Shown: positions 63,534 through 64,000 of the stretch, in pieces
How the letters are laid out: each line of letters starts with the position of its first letter
How positions within the stretch are numbered: position 1 is the stretch's first letter
Source of the DNA: Camelus dromedarius
Lineage: Eukaryota
Direction of reading: 5' to 3'
DNA length: 64,000 nucleotides
Assembly: GCF_036321535.1 (NCBI RefSeq)
Contig: NC_087436.1
Span: 75,828,001 to 75,892,000, forward strand
Made by a program: the position numbers and the translations under genes
Notes under the pieces: generated by a model
Told to the model about the DNA's origin: nothing
The model's input: the letters and a program-made list of their open reading frames with translations, nothing else
Database searches by the model: none

Positions 63534-64000
63534 ATTTAGAGTAGGCAGAGACTCAAAGGGAGCTGCCGAGAGTCATAAGGAATACCAGGAAAATCTGATG
63601 CCTGGAGACTCAGGCATGAAGGGGAAGGAGCAAACAGTCGCTGAGAAGTCATCTTACTTGATCCATTTTTTAGGATCCTTAACCTACCTTCTAAATCTTT
63701 GCTGTAGTTGTTTCCTGAGAATACTCTTGGCTCCATCCACAGTGTGCTTCTCTCCTCCTTGTTCTGTGACTGAGCCTTGTGTTTGCCTCTCACTCTGCCT
63801 TTGCCTGTCTGATTCTAGCTTCCTAACTGCTGTTTACATCACTCCCTTCTTCCTGTGGACATTTGTAGCTATTTGCTTTTTACCCCCTTATCACCTTTAA
63901 TCTTTTGTCTTGAGATACAGTTATGCAAGCACTTGGAAACGCTAAGGTGATTAATTATTGTTCCTGTCTCAACGCCTCTAGCAGATAGTAAAATTCTTGA

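Larger units (their letters stand above)
58223..64000 (+). other. BMP2K: BMP2K intron 1 (partial)
   Basis: Starts with GT after exon 1. No exon-2-like kinase sequence was seen downstream; the region holds MER82, L2, MER5 and an L1 tail. Confidence 0.85.

Overview
This is mammalian genomic DNA, very probably from a camelid (camel/alpaca/llama); that call rests on a vic-1-type tRNA-derived SINE and the style of the young L1 3' ends. About 57 kb is repeat-rich intergenic sequence (L1, L2, L3/CR1, MIR, MaLR/ERV LTRs, hAT and Tigger fossils, microsatellites). A CpG island (~57.0-58.65 kb) follows, holding the promoter and coding exon 1 of BMP2K (BMP-2-inducible kinase, + strand, ATG 58033, donor after 58222), and then ~5.8 kb of intron 1. 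No other protein-coding gene is supported; the other listed ORFs are chance, low-complexity or L1 fossils. I found no convincing new biological system. The best observations are modest: a pure (GGC)10 poly-Gly tract, a competing out-of-frame 5' splice site, a start-stop uORF, a symmetric E-box/ETS/NRF1 module with antisense splice donors, an exact 38-bp locally templated insertion, an ~81-bp tandem duplication, and nested or very short L1 insertions with target-site duplications (TSDs). Repeat family names come from recalled consensus sequences, not a database search. Repeat boundaries are approximate unless a TSD or terminal repeat is quoted.
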